Shown one piece after another: positions 56,949 through 64,000 of a stretch of DNA of 64,000 nucleotides. This DNA is from Candidatus Eiseniibacteriota bacterium (GTDB lineage Bacteria; Eisenbacteria; RBG-16-71-46): the NCBI GenBank assembly GCA_038231135.1, contig JBBRLX010000008.1:64001-128000 (forward strand), read 5' to 3'. The notes beneath the pieces are model-generated. The model did no database searches and was not told where the DNA came from. It saw only the letters and a program-made list of their open reading frames with translations. Position 1 is the stretch's first letter. Each line of letters starts with the position of its first letter. Made by a program: the position numbers and the translations under genes.

Positions 56949-58562
56949 CTACATGCGGAACACGCCGAACTTCATCTCGGGGATCGGGGCGTTGAGCGCG
57001 GCCGCGAGCGACAGCGCCAGCACGGTGCGGGTCTCGGCGGGGTCGATGATCCCGTCGTCCCACAGGCGCGCGGTGGAATAGTAGGGACTGCCCTCGGCCT
57101 CGTACTTGTCGAGCGTCGGCTGCTTGAACGCGCGGACTTCGGCGTCGGTCATCGGCTTGCCCGTGGCCTCGAGCTGCGTCTGCTTCACGGACGCGAGCAC
57201 GGACGCGGCCTGCTCGCCACCCATCACGCTGATGCGGCTGTTCGGCCACATGAACAGGAATCGCGGCTGGTAGGCGCGCCCGCACATCCCGTAGTTGCCG
57301 GCGCCGAAGCTGCCGCCGACGATCACCGTGACCTTGGGCACCGTCGCGTTCGCGACGGCATGGACCATCTTGGCGCCGTCCTTCGCGATGCCGCCGTGCT
57401 CGTACTGGCGGCCGACCATGAACCCGCTGATGTTCTGCAGGAAGATCAACGGCGTGCCGCGCTGGCTCGCGAGCTCGATGAAATGCGTCGCCTTGAGCGC
57501 GCTCTCGCTGAACAGCACGCCGTTGTTCGCGAGGATGCCGACCGGAATGCCGTGCAGGTGGGCGAAGCCGGTCACGAGCGTGGCGCCGTAGCGCGCCTTG
57601 AACTCGTGGAACCGCGAGCCGTCGACGAGCCGCGCGATGATCTCGCGCGCGTCGTACGGCGTGCGCAGGTCGCGCGGCAGCAATCCGTAGATCTCGTCGG
57701 GATCGTAGCGCGGCGCCTCCGGCTCGCGCAGGTCGAGCGCCGGCCGCGTCGAGGTGACGCCGCCGAGGTGCGCCACGATGTCGCGCGCGATCTCGAGCGC
57801 GTGCCCGTCGTCGTCGGCCAGATGATCGGCCACGCCCGAGATGCGCGTGTGCACGTCGCCCCCGCCCAGCTCTTCGGCCGTCACCTCCTCGCCGGTCGCC
57901 GCCTTCACGAGCGGCGGGCCGGCGAGGAAGATCGTGCCCTCGTTCTTCACGATGATCGCCTCGTCGCTCATCGCCGGCACATACGCGCCGCCCGCGGTGC
58001 ACGAGCCCATCACCGCCGCGATCTGCGGGATCCCGAGCGCCGACATGCGCGCCTGGTTGTAGAAGATCCGGCCGAAATGGTCGCGGTCGGGGAACACCTC
58101 GGCCTGGAGCGGCAGGAACGCGCCTCCCGAATCCACGAGATAGACGCACGGCAGCCGGTTCTCGAGCGCGATCTCCTGCGCGCGCACGTGCTTCTTCACC
58201 GTCATCGGGTAGTAGGTGCCGCCCTTCACCGTCGCGTCGTTCGCCACGACCAGCACGTTGCGCCCGTGCACGGTGCCGATGCCGGTGATGATCCCGGCCG
58301 CCGGCGCGCCGCCGTCGTACATGCCGTGCGCCGCCAGCGGCGACAGTTCGAGGAACGCGGTGCCGGGGTCGAGCAGGCGCTCGATGCGGTCCCGCACGAA
58401 CAGCTTGCCGCGCGCGGCATGACGCTTCACCAGCTCCGCGCCACCACCCGCCCGCACGGCCGCGTGGCGGTCGCGCAGCTCCGCGGCCAGCGCCCGGTGA
58501 TGCGCGGCGTTGGCCTGGAATTCGGCGCTCGCGGTGTCGAGATGCGACTCGAGCTGATCCAT
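56949..58562 (-). CDS. Methylcrotonyl-CoA carboxylase beta (carboxyltransferase) subunit (LiuB-like)
   Basis: [54 protein letters not shown]. Confidence 0.9.
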   Translation of the reverse strand: MDQLESHLDTASAEFQANAAHHRALAAELRDRHAAVRAGGGAELVKRHAARGKLFVRDRIERLLDPGTAFLELSPLAAHGMYDGGAPAAGIITGIGTVHGRNVLVVANDATVKGGTYYPMTVKKHVRAQEIALENRLPCVYLVDSGGAFLPLQAEVFPDRDHFGRIFYNQARMSALGIPQIAAVMGSCTAGGAYVPAMSDEAIIVKNEGTIFLAGPPLVKAATGEEVTAEELGGGDVHTRISGVADHLADDDGHALEIARDIVAHLGGVTSTRPALDLREPEAPRYDPDEIYGLLPRDLRTPYDAREIIARLVDGSRFHEFKARYGATLVTGFAHLHGIPVGILANNGVLFSESALKATHFIELASQRGTPLIFLQNISGFMVGRQYEHGGIAKDGAKMVHAVANATVPKVTVIVGGSFGAGNYGMCGRAYQPRFLFMWPNSRISVMGGEQAASVLASVKQTQLEATGKPMTDAEVRAFKQPTLDKYEAEGSPYYSTARLWDDGIIDPAETRTVLALSLAAALNAPIPEMKFGVFRM

Positions 58563-58692
58563 GGGACCTCGGGCGGAGGCGGGCGGCCGCTCCGCGGTGA
58601 ATCCGCGCGCTGCCTGCATCCTGGCGCGGAGGGCTTATCACAGGCGACGCATCGCCGTCCAAAAGCCGCCCCACCTGTGCTAACCTCCCTGC

Positions 58693-60174
58693 ATGGCCGC
58701 CGAACGGATTCGCCCGCCAGCCCCGGTTCACTGTGATCGTTCCGCGACGTTCGCGGCGTTCGTACTATTCGCCGGCGCGCTCGCCGCCGCGCCGCTGCAC
58801 GCCGGCGTCTACGACGTGCCCAGCGTGTCGTTCCCCACGCTGCAGTCCGCGATCGACGACGCGGCCGTCAAACAGAACCCCAGCAACGTCATCCGGATCA
58901 ACGCCGAGCTGTCGATCACGAACACCATCGACATCGGCAGCGGCTTCGGCCCCGCCGTGCAGCTCGTGATCAGGCCGGGACCGGCTCTGGCGCGGGCGCG
59001 GATCCTGTCGACGAACGACGGCGCCGATTCGCTCGCCAGCATCGTCCGCATCCACGGCGCGCAATGGGTGATGCTCCAGAGTCTCGACGTGCTGCGCAAC
59101 GCGGTGAACGGCCAGCATCTGGTGATCGTCGAGAACAGTCGCAACATCACGATCGAGCGCTGCCGCATCGGGTCGCTGGGCGGCGCCGCGGACCAACTAC
59201 ACCCCAAGAACGCGATCGACGTCCTGAATCCCTCGCGGGTGATCGTGCGCAACACCGTGTGCTTCTCGCGGCAGGCGGGCGGCGTCGCGATCGGCATCCA
59301 CGCGGTCGCGAGCGGCGACCCCACGCATTCGCTGCTGCTCTACAACGACGTGGTGTCGGACTACTCGGCGGCGGGCATCGACTTGGCGTTTGCGACCGCG
59401 GGTTCGTACGTCGTGCTGCGGAACAACATCGCCTGCAATTTCCCCGACTTCCCCCCTCCCAACGAGCCGTTCGCCTGGCGCAGCGCGATCGCGACCGGCG
59501 TGACGGTCGTGACCAGCCACAACACGTCGCTGGCTGATGCCGGCTTCGAGGAGAACATGACGGGCGTCAAAGCCATCGCGCGCTCGAGCCCGGGCGACGC
59601 CACTTACGTACTGCGGCCGACGTCAGAGATCGATACCGCGTTCTTGAACCGCAGCTGGAACCTGACCCCGGGCTTCACGAACCCCGATTTCTTCCGGCTG
59701 CAGAATCTCGGCACCCTGCACACGCCGAGCACGCGCTGGGGCATCACGGTGGGCAACGGCGCTCCCGACACCCACGACGCCATCGTGCGCGACGATGGCG
59801 AAAAGGATCCGCGGCCGGGCGGGACGACGCTCCACACCGATCGCGGCATCGACCAGATCGAGCCGGGAGCGCCGATCGTGGCCGTTGGCAACGGGCCGGC
59901 AATGCTTCAGGCGCTCGAGCTGGCACCGCAGGGCAACCCGGCGCGCACGGCGAGCCTGCAGTACGTGGCCCAGCGATCCGGCTCGCTCGAGCTGACGCTG
60001 GTCGATGCGAGCGGGCGTGTCGTGCAGCGCGAGCACCTCAGCGTAGCCACCGGCGAGCGCGGCACGTGGCGGATTGGCCGCCTGGCTCCCGGGGTCTACC
60101 TCTACCGGGGAACGCTGGTGTCCGGGCAGGGCGAGCGCTCGACCGTGACGGGAAGGCTCGCCGTCTTCGACTGA
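58693..60174 (+). CDS. Secreted right-handed beta-helix (pectin-lyase-like fold) protein with T9SS-like CTD
   Basis: Signal peptide; FPTLQSAIDDA cap; repeated NITIERC / VIVRNT / VVLRNN strands; CTD QGNPAR..LVDASGRVV..GVYLYR. Confidence 0.7.
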   Translation: MAAERIRPPAPVHCDRSATFAAFVLFAGALAAAPLHAGVYDVPSVSFPTLQSAIDDAAVKQNPSNVIRINAELSITNTIDIGSGFGPAVQLVIRPGPALARARILSTNDGADSLASIVRIHGAQWVMLQSLDVLRNAVNGQHLVIVENSRNITIERCRIGSLGGAADQLHPKNAIDVLNPSRVIVRNTVCFSRQAGGVAIGIHAVASGDPTHSLLLYNDVVSDYSAAGIDLAFATAGSYVVLRNNIACNFPDFPPPNEPFAWRSAIATGVTVVTSHNTSLADAGFEENMTGVKAIARSSPGDATYVLRPTSEIDTAFLNRSWNLTPGFTNPDFFRLQNLGTLHTPSTRWGITVGNGAPDTHDAIVRDDGEKDPRPGGTTLHTDRGIDQIEPGAPIVAVGNGPAMLQALELAPQGNPARTASLQYVAQRSGSLELTLVDASGRVVQREHLSVATGERGTWRIGRLAPGVYLYRGTLVSGQGERSTVTGRLAVFD

Positions 60175-60199
60175 CGCTGAAACCCGGCGCAGGAACGAA

Positions 60200-60237
60200 C
60201 GGGCCGGAGCCGCTCATCCAGAGCACGCTCCGGCCCG
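60200..60237. terminator. Hairpin between convergent genes (possible bidirectional terminator)
   Basis: CGGGCCGGAGC...GCTCCGGCCCG 11-bp inverted repeat. Confidence 0.55.
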
Positions 60238-60257
60238 CAATCGCGTCCTGAAGAATC

Positions 60258-60776
60258 TCAGGCCTTCGCCTTCATCGCCTCCCGCATCTTCAGCATCTCT
60301 TCGCGGTTCGGACCGTACATCCCGGGCGGCACGCCGCCGGCCATGCGCGCCATCATCGCGAGCTGGCCGCGGTGATGAATCAGGTGGAACAGCAGCCCCT
60401 CCCACAGGATCGTGCTCAACGGCAGCGGGCGGCCGTCGTAGAACGACATCGTCTTGTTCATGTCGGAGAAGTCCCCCTTCTCGAGCCACGTCACGGCGTC
60501 GCGGTGCACGCGCTCGTAGCCGGTCGCCAGCTCGGCGATCGTCTTCGGCCGCTCGAGACCGGGCGGCTTCTCCTCGAATGTGAACTTGCCCTGCGCCACA
60601 CCGAACGCGGTATAGCCGTCGTTCTCGGCGAGATGCCACGCCATTTCGCCCAGGGATCGCGATTCCGGATACGGCCGGAAGTCGTACTTGCCCTCGGGCA
60701 GGGCGCGCAGCAACTGCGTCGTCTTCTTGGCTTCGTTGTTCCAGGTGTCGAGGAAGACCTTGAGCTCGTGATTCAT
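60258..60776 (-). CDS. DinB family protein
   Basis: RSLGEMAWHL, HLIHHRGQL, PPGMYGP; SD GGAGG. Confidence 0.9.
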   Translation of the reverse strand: MNHELKVFLDTWNNEAKKTTQLLRALPEGKYDFRPYPESRSLGEMAWHLAENDGYTAFGVAQGKFTFEEKPPGLERPKTIAELATGYERVHRDAVTWLEKGDFSDMNKTMSFYDGRPLPLSTILWEGLLFHLIHHRGQLAMMARMAGGVPPGMYGPNREEMLKMREAMKAKA

Positions 60777-60844
60777 TGACCGCCTCCGGATTGGGTGGCA
60801 CCCATGCAGATGCATGGCAGCGTACCCCCGCCCCGGGTGCGGTG

Positions 60845-62254
60845 TCAGGCCGACTCCAGGCCCGGCACCAGCGGCAGGCGCAGGCGCGCGATGCAGCCGC
60901 GGACATCGTCGCGGTTCGCCAGCACCAGGCTGCCGCCGTGAGCCTCGGCGATCTGGCGGCTGAGCGCCAGACCGACGCCCGAGCCGGCGGGTTTGGTTGT
61001 GAAGAACGGCACGAACAGGTTGTCGGTGTCGGACAACCCCGGGCCCTCGTCCTTGACCCACACGTCGAGCTCGCCACCGTGCACCGCCCAGCCGATCCGC
61101 ACCGGAGCGTCGCCGGTTGCCCGCGCCGTGGCGGATCCCGCGGCCTCCAGCACCGCGTCGGCGGCGTTGCGCACGAGATTGATGAGCAGCTGGTCGAGTT
61201 GATCACCATCGGCCACGACCGAGCATGCCGGCCCCCGGTCGACGCTCACCGGCACCCGGGTCTCGAGTCCCGCGACGTGCCGGATCCAGCGTTCCACCTC
61301 GACGGACCCCAGCCGCGGCCGCGGCAATCGCGCGAGCCGCGCATAGGCGGACATGAACCGGGTAAGGGATTCCGCGCGCGCGGACACGACCTGCAGGCCG
61401 GTCGCGAGATCGTGCTCGAGGTCCGGCGGCCGCGGCGTCTTCGCCAGCATCGAGCTGAGGCTGCCGGCGATCGACTTGATCGGCGTCAGCGAGTTGTTGA
61501 TCTCGTGGCTCAGCACCCGCACGAGCCGCTGCCACGCCTGGCGCTCCTCCTCGCGCAGCGTGCGGCTCACGTCCGACAGCACGAGCAGCCGGTGCGGCTG
61601 CCCGGCCTGGCGGAATCCGCTGCGCCGGACGACGAACCGTCCCGCGCCGCCCGCGAACTTGAGATCGGTCACCTGCGTGGGCTCGACGCCGGTGTCCTCG
61701 CCCTCGCCGAGCGCGTCGTCGAGCCCCAGCGCACCCGCCGGGCGGCCCAGCAGGTGCTCGACCGGGCGGCCGAGCAGCTTCTCGCCCGCATGATTCACGA
61801 GGCGCAGCCGCCGCGCGCCGTCGAACGCGAACACCGCGGTGTCGATCTCCTCCATCACCCGCCGCAGCAGCGCCGACGCCTCGAGCGCGCCGAGCCGCTG
61901 CTGGCGCAGCGTCTCGCTCAGCGTGTTCACCTCCCAGAACGCGAGGCCCAGCGGCTCGGTGCGCGACGTGGAGCGGCCGCGGATCGAGAAGTCGCCCTCG
62001 CGCAGCGCCGCGAGCATGTTCGACAGCGTCTGGATCGGATGCACCACCCGCTCGCGCACCGCGAGCGCGAACCCGAGCCACGCGCCGATCACCAGCGTGG
62101 TGAGCGTCCATTGCACCTTGGGTGAATGATCGCCGAACCACAGCAGCGCCATCGCCACCACGATCGCCGGCAATCCCGACGCGAGCGCCAGCAGCAGCAC
62201 CCGCACGTCGTGGGCGAGCGCCGGCCGCCGCCGCGGCCGGCCGCTAGAGGCCAT
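60845..62254 (-). CDS. Sensor histidine kinase (NtrY-like, HAMP/PAS)
   Basis: Two TMs; VLSHEINNSLTPI H-box; NLVRNA; DEGPG; PFFTTK..GSGVGL. Confidence 0.92.
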   Translation of the reverse strand: MASSGRPRRRPALAHDVRVLLLALASGLPAIVVAMALLWFGDHSPKVQWTLTTLVIGAWLGFALAVRERVVHPIQTLSNMLAALREGDFSIRGRSTSRTEPLGLAFWEVNTLSETLRQQRLGALEASALLRRVMEEIDTAVFAFDGARRLRLVNHAGEKLLGRPVEHLLGRPAGALGLDDALGEGEDTGVEPTQVTDLKFAGGAGRFVVRRSGFRQAGQPHRLLVLSDVSRTLREEERQAWQRLVRVLSHEINNSLTPIKSIAGSLSSMLAKTPRPPDLEHDLATGLQVVSARAESLTRFMSAYARLARLPRPRLGSVEVERWIRHVAGLETRVPVSVDRGPACSVVADGDQLDQLLINLVRNAADAVLEAAGSATARATGDAPVRIGWAVHGGELDVWVKDEGPGLSDTDNLFVPFFTTKPAGSGVGLALSRQIAEAHGGSLVLANRDDVRGCIARLRLPLVPGLESA

Positions 62255-63611
62255 GCTGCGCGAGGCGCCGATAGAGCGCGCTGCGCGACAGGCCGAGCGC
62301 CTTCGCCGCCTCGCTCACGTTGCCGTCGTAGCGCTTGAGCGCCTTCTGGATCAGCACGCGCTCGACTTGTTCGAGCGTCAGGTCCTCGAGTCGCGCGGCG
62401 CCGTCGGCAGTGGCCAGCAGGCCCAGATCGACGGCGCGCACCAGCGGCGGCGCAGCCAGCAGCACGGCGCGCTCGATCGCATGGTCCAGCTCACGCACGT
62501 TGCCGGGCCAGGCGTGCGACAGCATGGCCTGCATGCCGCCGGGGTCGAAGCCCGCGAGTTCCTTGCCGTAGCGCGCGGCGTGGCGGCGCAGGAAGTGCTC
62601 GGCGAGCAGCGGGATGTCCTCGCGGCGCTCGCGCAGCGCGGGCAGCCGGATCTCGACGGTGTTGAGCCGGAACAGCAGGTCCTCGCGGAACCGCCCCGCG
62701 GCGACCTCGTCGGCGAGCCGGGCGTTGGTTGCCGACACCACGCGCACGTTCACGCGCCGCGTGCGCGACGCCCCGACGCGCTCGAGCTCGCCGGTCTGCA
62801 GCACCCGCAGCAGCTTGGCCTGCAGCGCGAGCGGCAGGTTCGCGATCTCGTCGAGGAATAGCGTGCCCGTGTCCGCGAGTTCGAACCGGCCGGCGCGATC
62901 GGCGCGCGCCCCGGTATAGGCGCCCTTCACGTGCCCGAACAGCTCGCTCTCGAACACGCCCTCCGGCAGCCCGCCCGCGTTCACCGTGATCAGCGGGCGC
63001 GCCGCGCGCGCGGACGCGAAGTGCAGCCAGCGCGCCACCAGCTCCTTGCCGGTGCCGTGCTCGCCGGTCACGAGCACGTTGGCGTCCGACGGGCCGACGC
63101 GCTCCATGAGCTGCAGCACTGGCCGCATCGACGCCGAGTGCGCGATCATCTCGACTTCGCCCTCGCGGCGCAGCAGCCGGTTTTCGGCGGCGAGCCGCGC
63201 GCCCGCGCGCAGCGCGCGGCCGAGGTCCACCTGGGTGCGCAGCGTCGTGATCAGCCGGGCGTTGTCCCACGGTTTCTCGACGTAGTCGCGGGCGCCGCGG
63301 CGCATCGCCTCGACGGCGCCCTCGACGCTGCCGTACGCGGTCATCACCACCACCGGCAGCGACGCGTCGAGCGCCTGCACGCGCTGCAGCAGATCGAGCC
63401 CTTCGTGGCCCGACGTGGTGTCGCGGGTGTAGTTGAGATCGAGCAGCACGAGATCGAAATCGCCGGCCTCGAGCGCGCGCATGGCGCCGGCGGGCGAGGT
63501 GGCGGTTTCGATCTCCCACGACTCGCCGCGCAGCAGCAGGCGGAGCGCCTGCAGCACGTCCGGTTGATCGTCGGCGACGAGGATGCGGGGCGCGGTCTCG
63601 CTGGGCACCAT
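62244..63611 (-). CDS. Sigma54-type (NtrC family) response regulator
   Basis: Receiver [47 protein letters not shown]; Fis-type HTH. Confidence 0.93.
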   Translation of the reverse strand: MVPSETAPRILVADDQPDVLQALRLLLRGESWEIETATSPAGAMRALEAGDFDLVLLDLNYTRDTTSGHEGLDLLQRVQALDASLPVVVMTAYGSVEGAVEAMRRGARDYVEKPWDNARLITTLRTQVDLGRALRAGARLAAENRLLRREGEVEMIAHSASMRPVLQLMERVGPSDANVLVTGEHGTGKELVARWLHFASARAARPLITVNAGGLPEGVFESELFGHVKGAYTGARADRAGRFELADTGTLFLDEIANLPLALQAKLLRVLQTGELERVGASRTRRVNVRVVSATNARLADEVAAGRFREDLLFRLNTVEIRLPALRERREDIPLLAEHFLRRHAARYGKELAGFDPGGMQAMLSHAWPGNVRELDHAIERAVLLAAPPLVRAVDLGLLATADGAARLEDLTLEQVERVLIQKALKRYDGNVSEAAKALGLSRSALYRRLAQHGL

Positions 63612-63622
63612 GGGGCGAGGGT

Positions 63623-63660
63623 AACAGAAGCGCCGGAGCCCGACGGACGGGCTCCGGCGC
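63623..63660 (-). terminator. Intrinsic terminator after the VOC gene
   Basis: Perfect 13-bp stem GCGCCGGAGCCCG/CGGGCTCCGGCGC followed by TTCTGTT on the minus strand. Confidence 0.7.
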
Positions 63661-63673
63661 CGCGCCACGACTC

Positions 63674-64000
63674 CTAGTTGGGGCCCTGCAGCACCCCGAA
63701 CATGCCGCCCTGCGGATCGGATAGCACCGCGAACGTGCCGGTGCCGGGGATCGGCGTGGGCTCCACGAACACCTTGCCCCCGAGCTGCGGCACTCGGGCG
63801 GCGGTGGCCTTGATGTCTTTGACCTGGAAGTACGTGAGCCAGTTCGGCGGCACGCCCTGCAGCTTGCCCGTCGCCTTCATCATGCCGCCGGCGTTCGTGC
63901 CGTTGAGCCGCTGGAACAGCGTGTACGGACCGTTCGGTCCCGGCATCTCCTGGGTCTTCCAGCCGAGCAGCGCGGTGTAGAACGCCGCCGCCTTCGCCGT
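63674..64000 (-). CDS. VOC/glyoxalase family protein (C-terminal part; start lies beyond the window)
   Basis: AAAFYTALLGW, WLTYFQVKDI, GGKVFVEPTPIPGTGTFAVLSDPQG. Confidence 0.88.
   Translation of the reverse strand, partial: TAKAAAFYTALLGWKTQEMPGPNGPYTLFQRLNGTNAGGMMKATGKLQGVPPNWLTYFQVKDIKATAARVPQLGGKVFVEPTPIPGTGTFAVLSDPQGGMFGVLQGPN

Noticed and set aside
60200..63660. Shared CCGGAGC/GCTCCGG arms in two hairpins as a REP-like repeat family
   Set aside because: Only two short GC-rich instances, both explained as terminators.

Overview
High-GC bacterial window. Six secreted proteins with T9SS/FlgD-Ig-like C-terminal domains, a PorV-like barrel and a '..SSWGTIKYRYR' terminus suggest an FCB-superphylum organism such as Ca. 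Eisenbacteria (inference). Housekeeping blocks are pyrR/pyrB-pyrC-carA with a PyrR-binding RNA element, phoH-7TM-HD-ybeY-...-recO-glyQ-glyS, a leucine/acyl-CoA carboxylase cluster and a two-component system. The centrepiece is a ~26 kb minus-strand locus (12346-38285) that looks like a LacI-controlled beta-1,2-glucan utilisation system without SusD. It encodes a TonB-dependent receptor translationally coupled to a 1106-aa CTD-bearing partner and a PorV/PorQ-like barrel, two GH144-like glucanases (one exported, one lipoprotein), a stand-alone Cgs/NdvB-type GH94 phosphorylase, an ATPase-less sugar ABC transporter, an unassigned discoidin/(alpha/alpha)6 enzyme, a tandem CBM9-like protein, and a secreted protein with a duplicated 222-aa domain I cannot assign. 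Two identical LacI-type operators (GATGTAAACGATTACAC) tie the locus together. All family calls come from motif recognition by eye; no searches were run.
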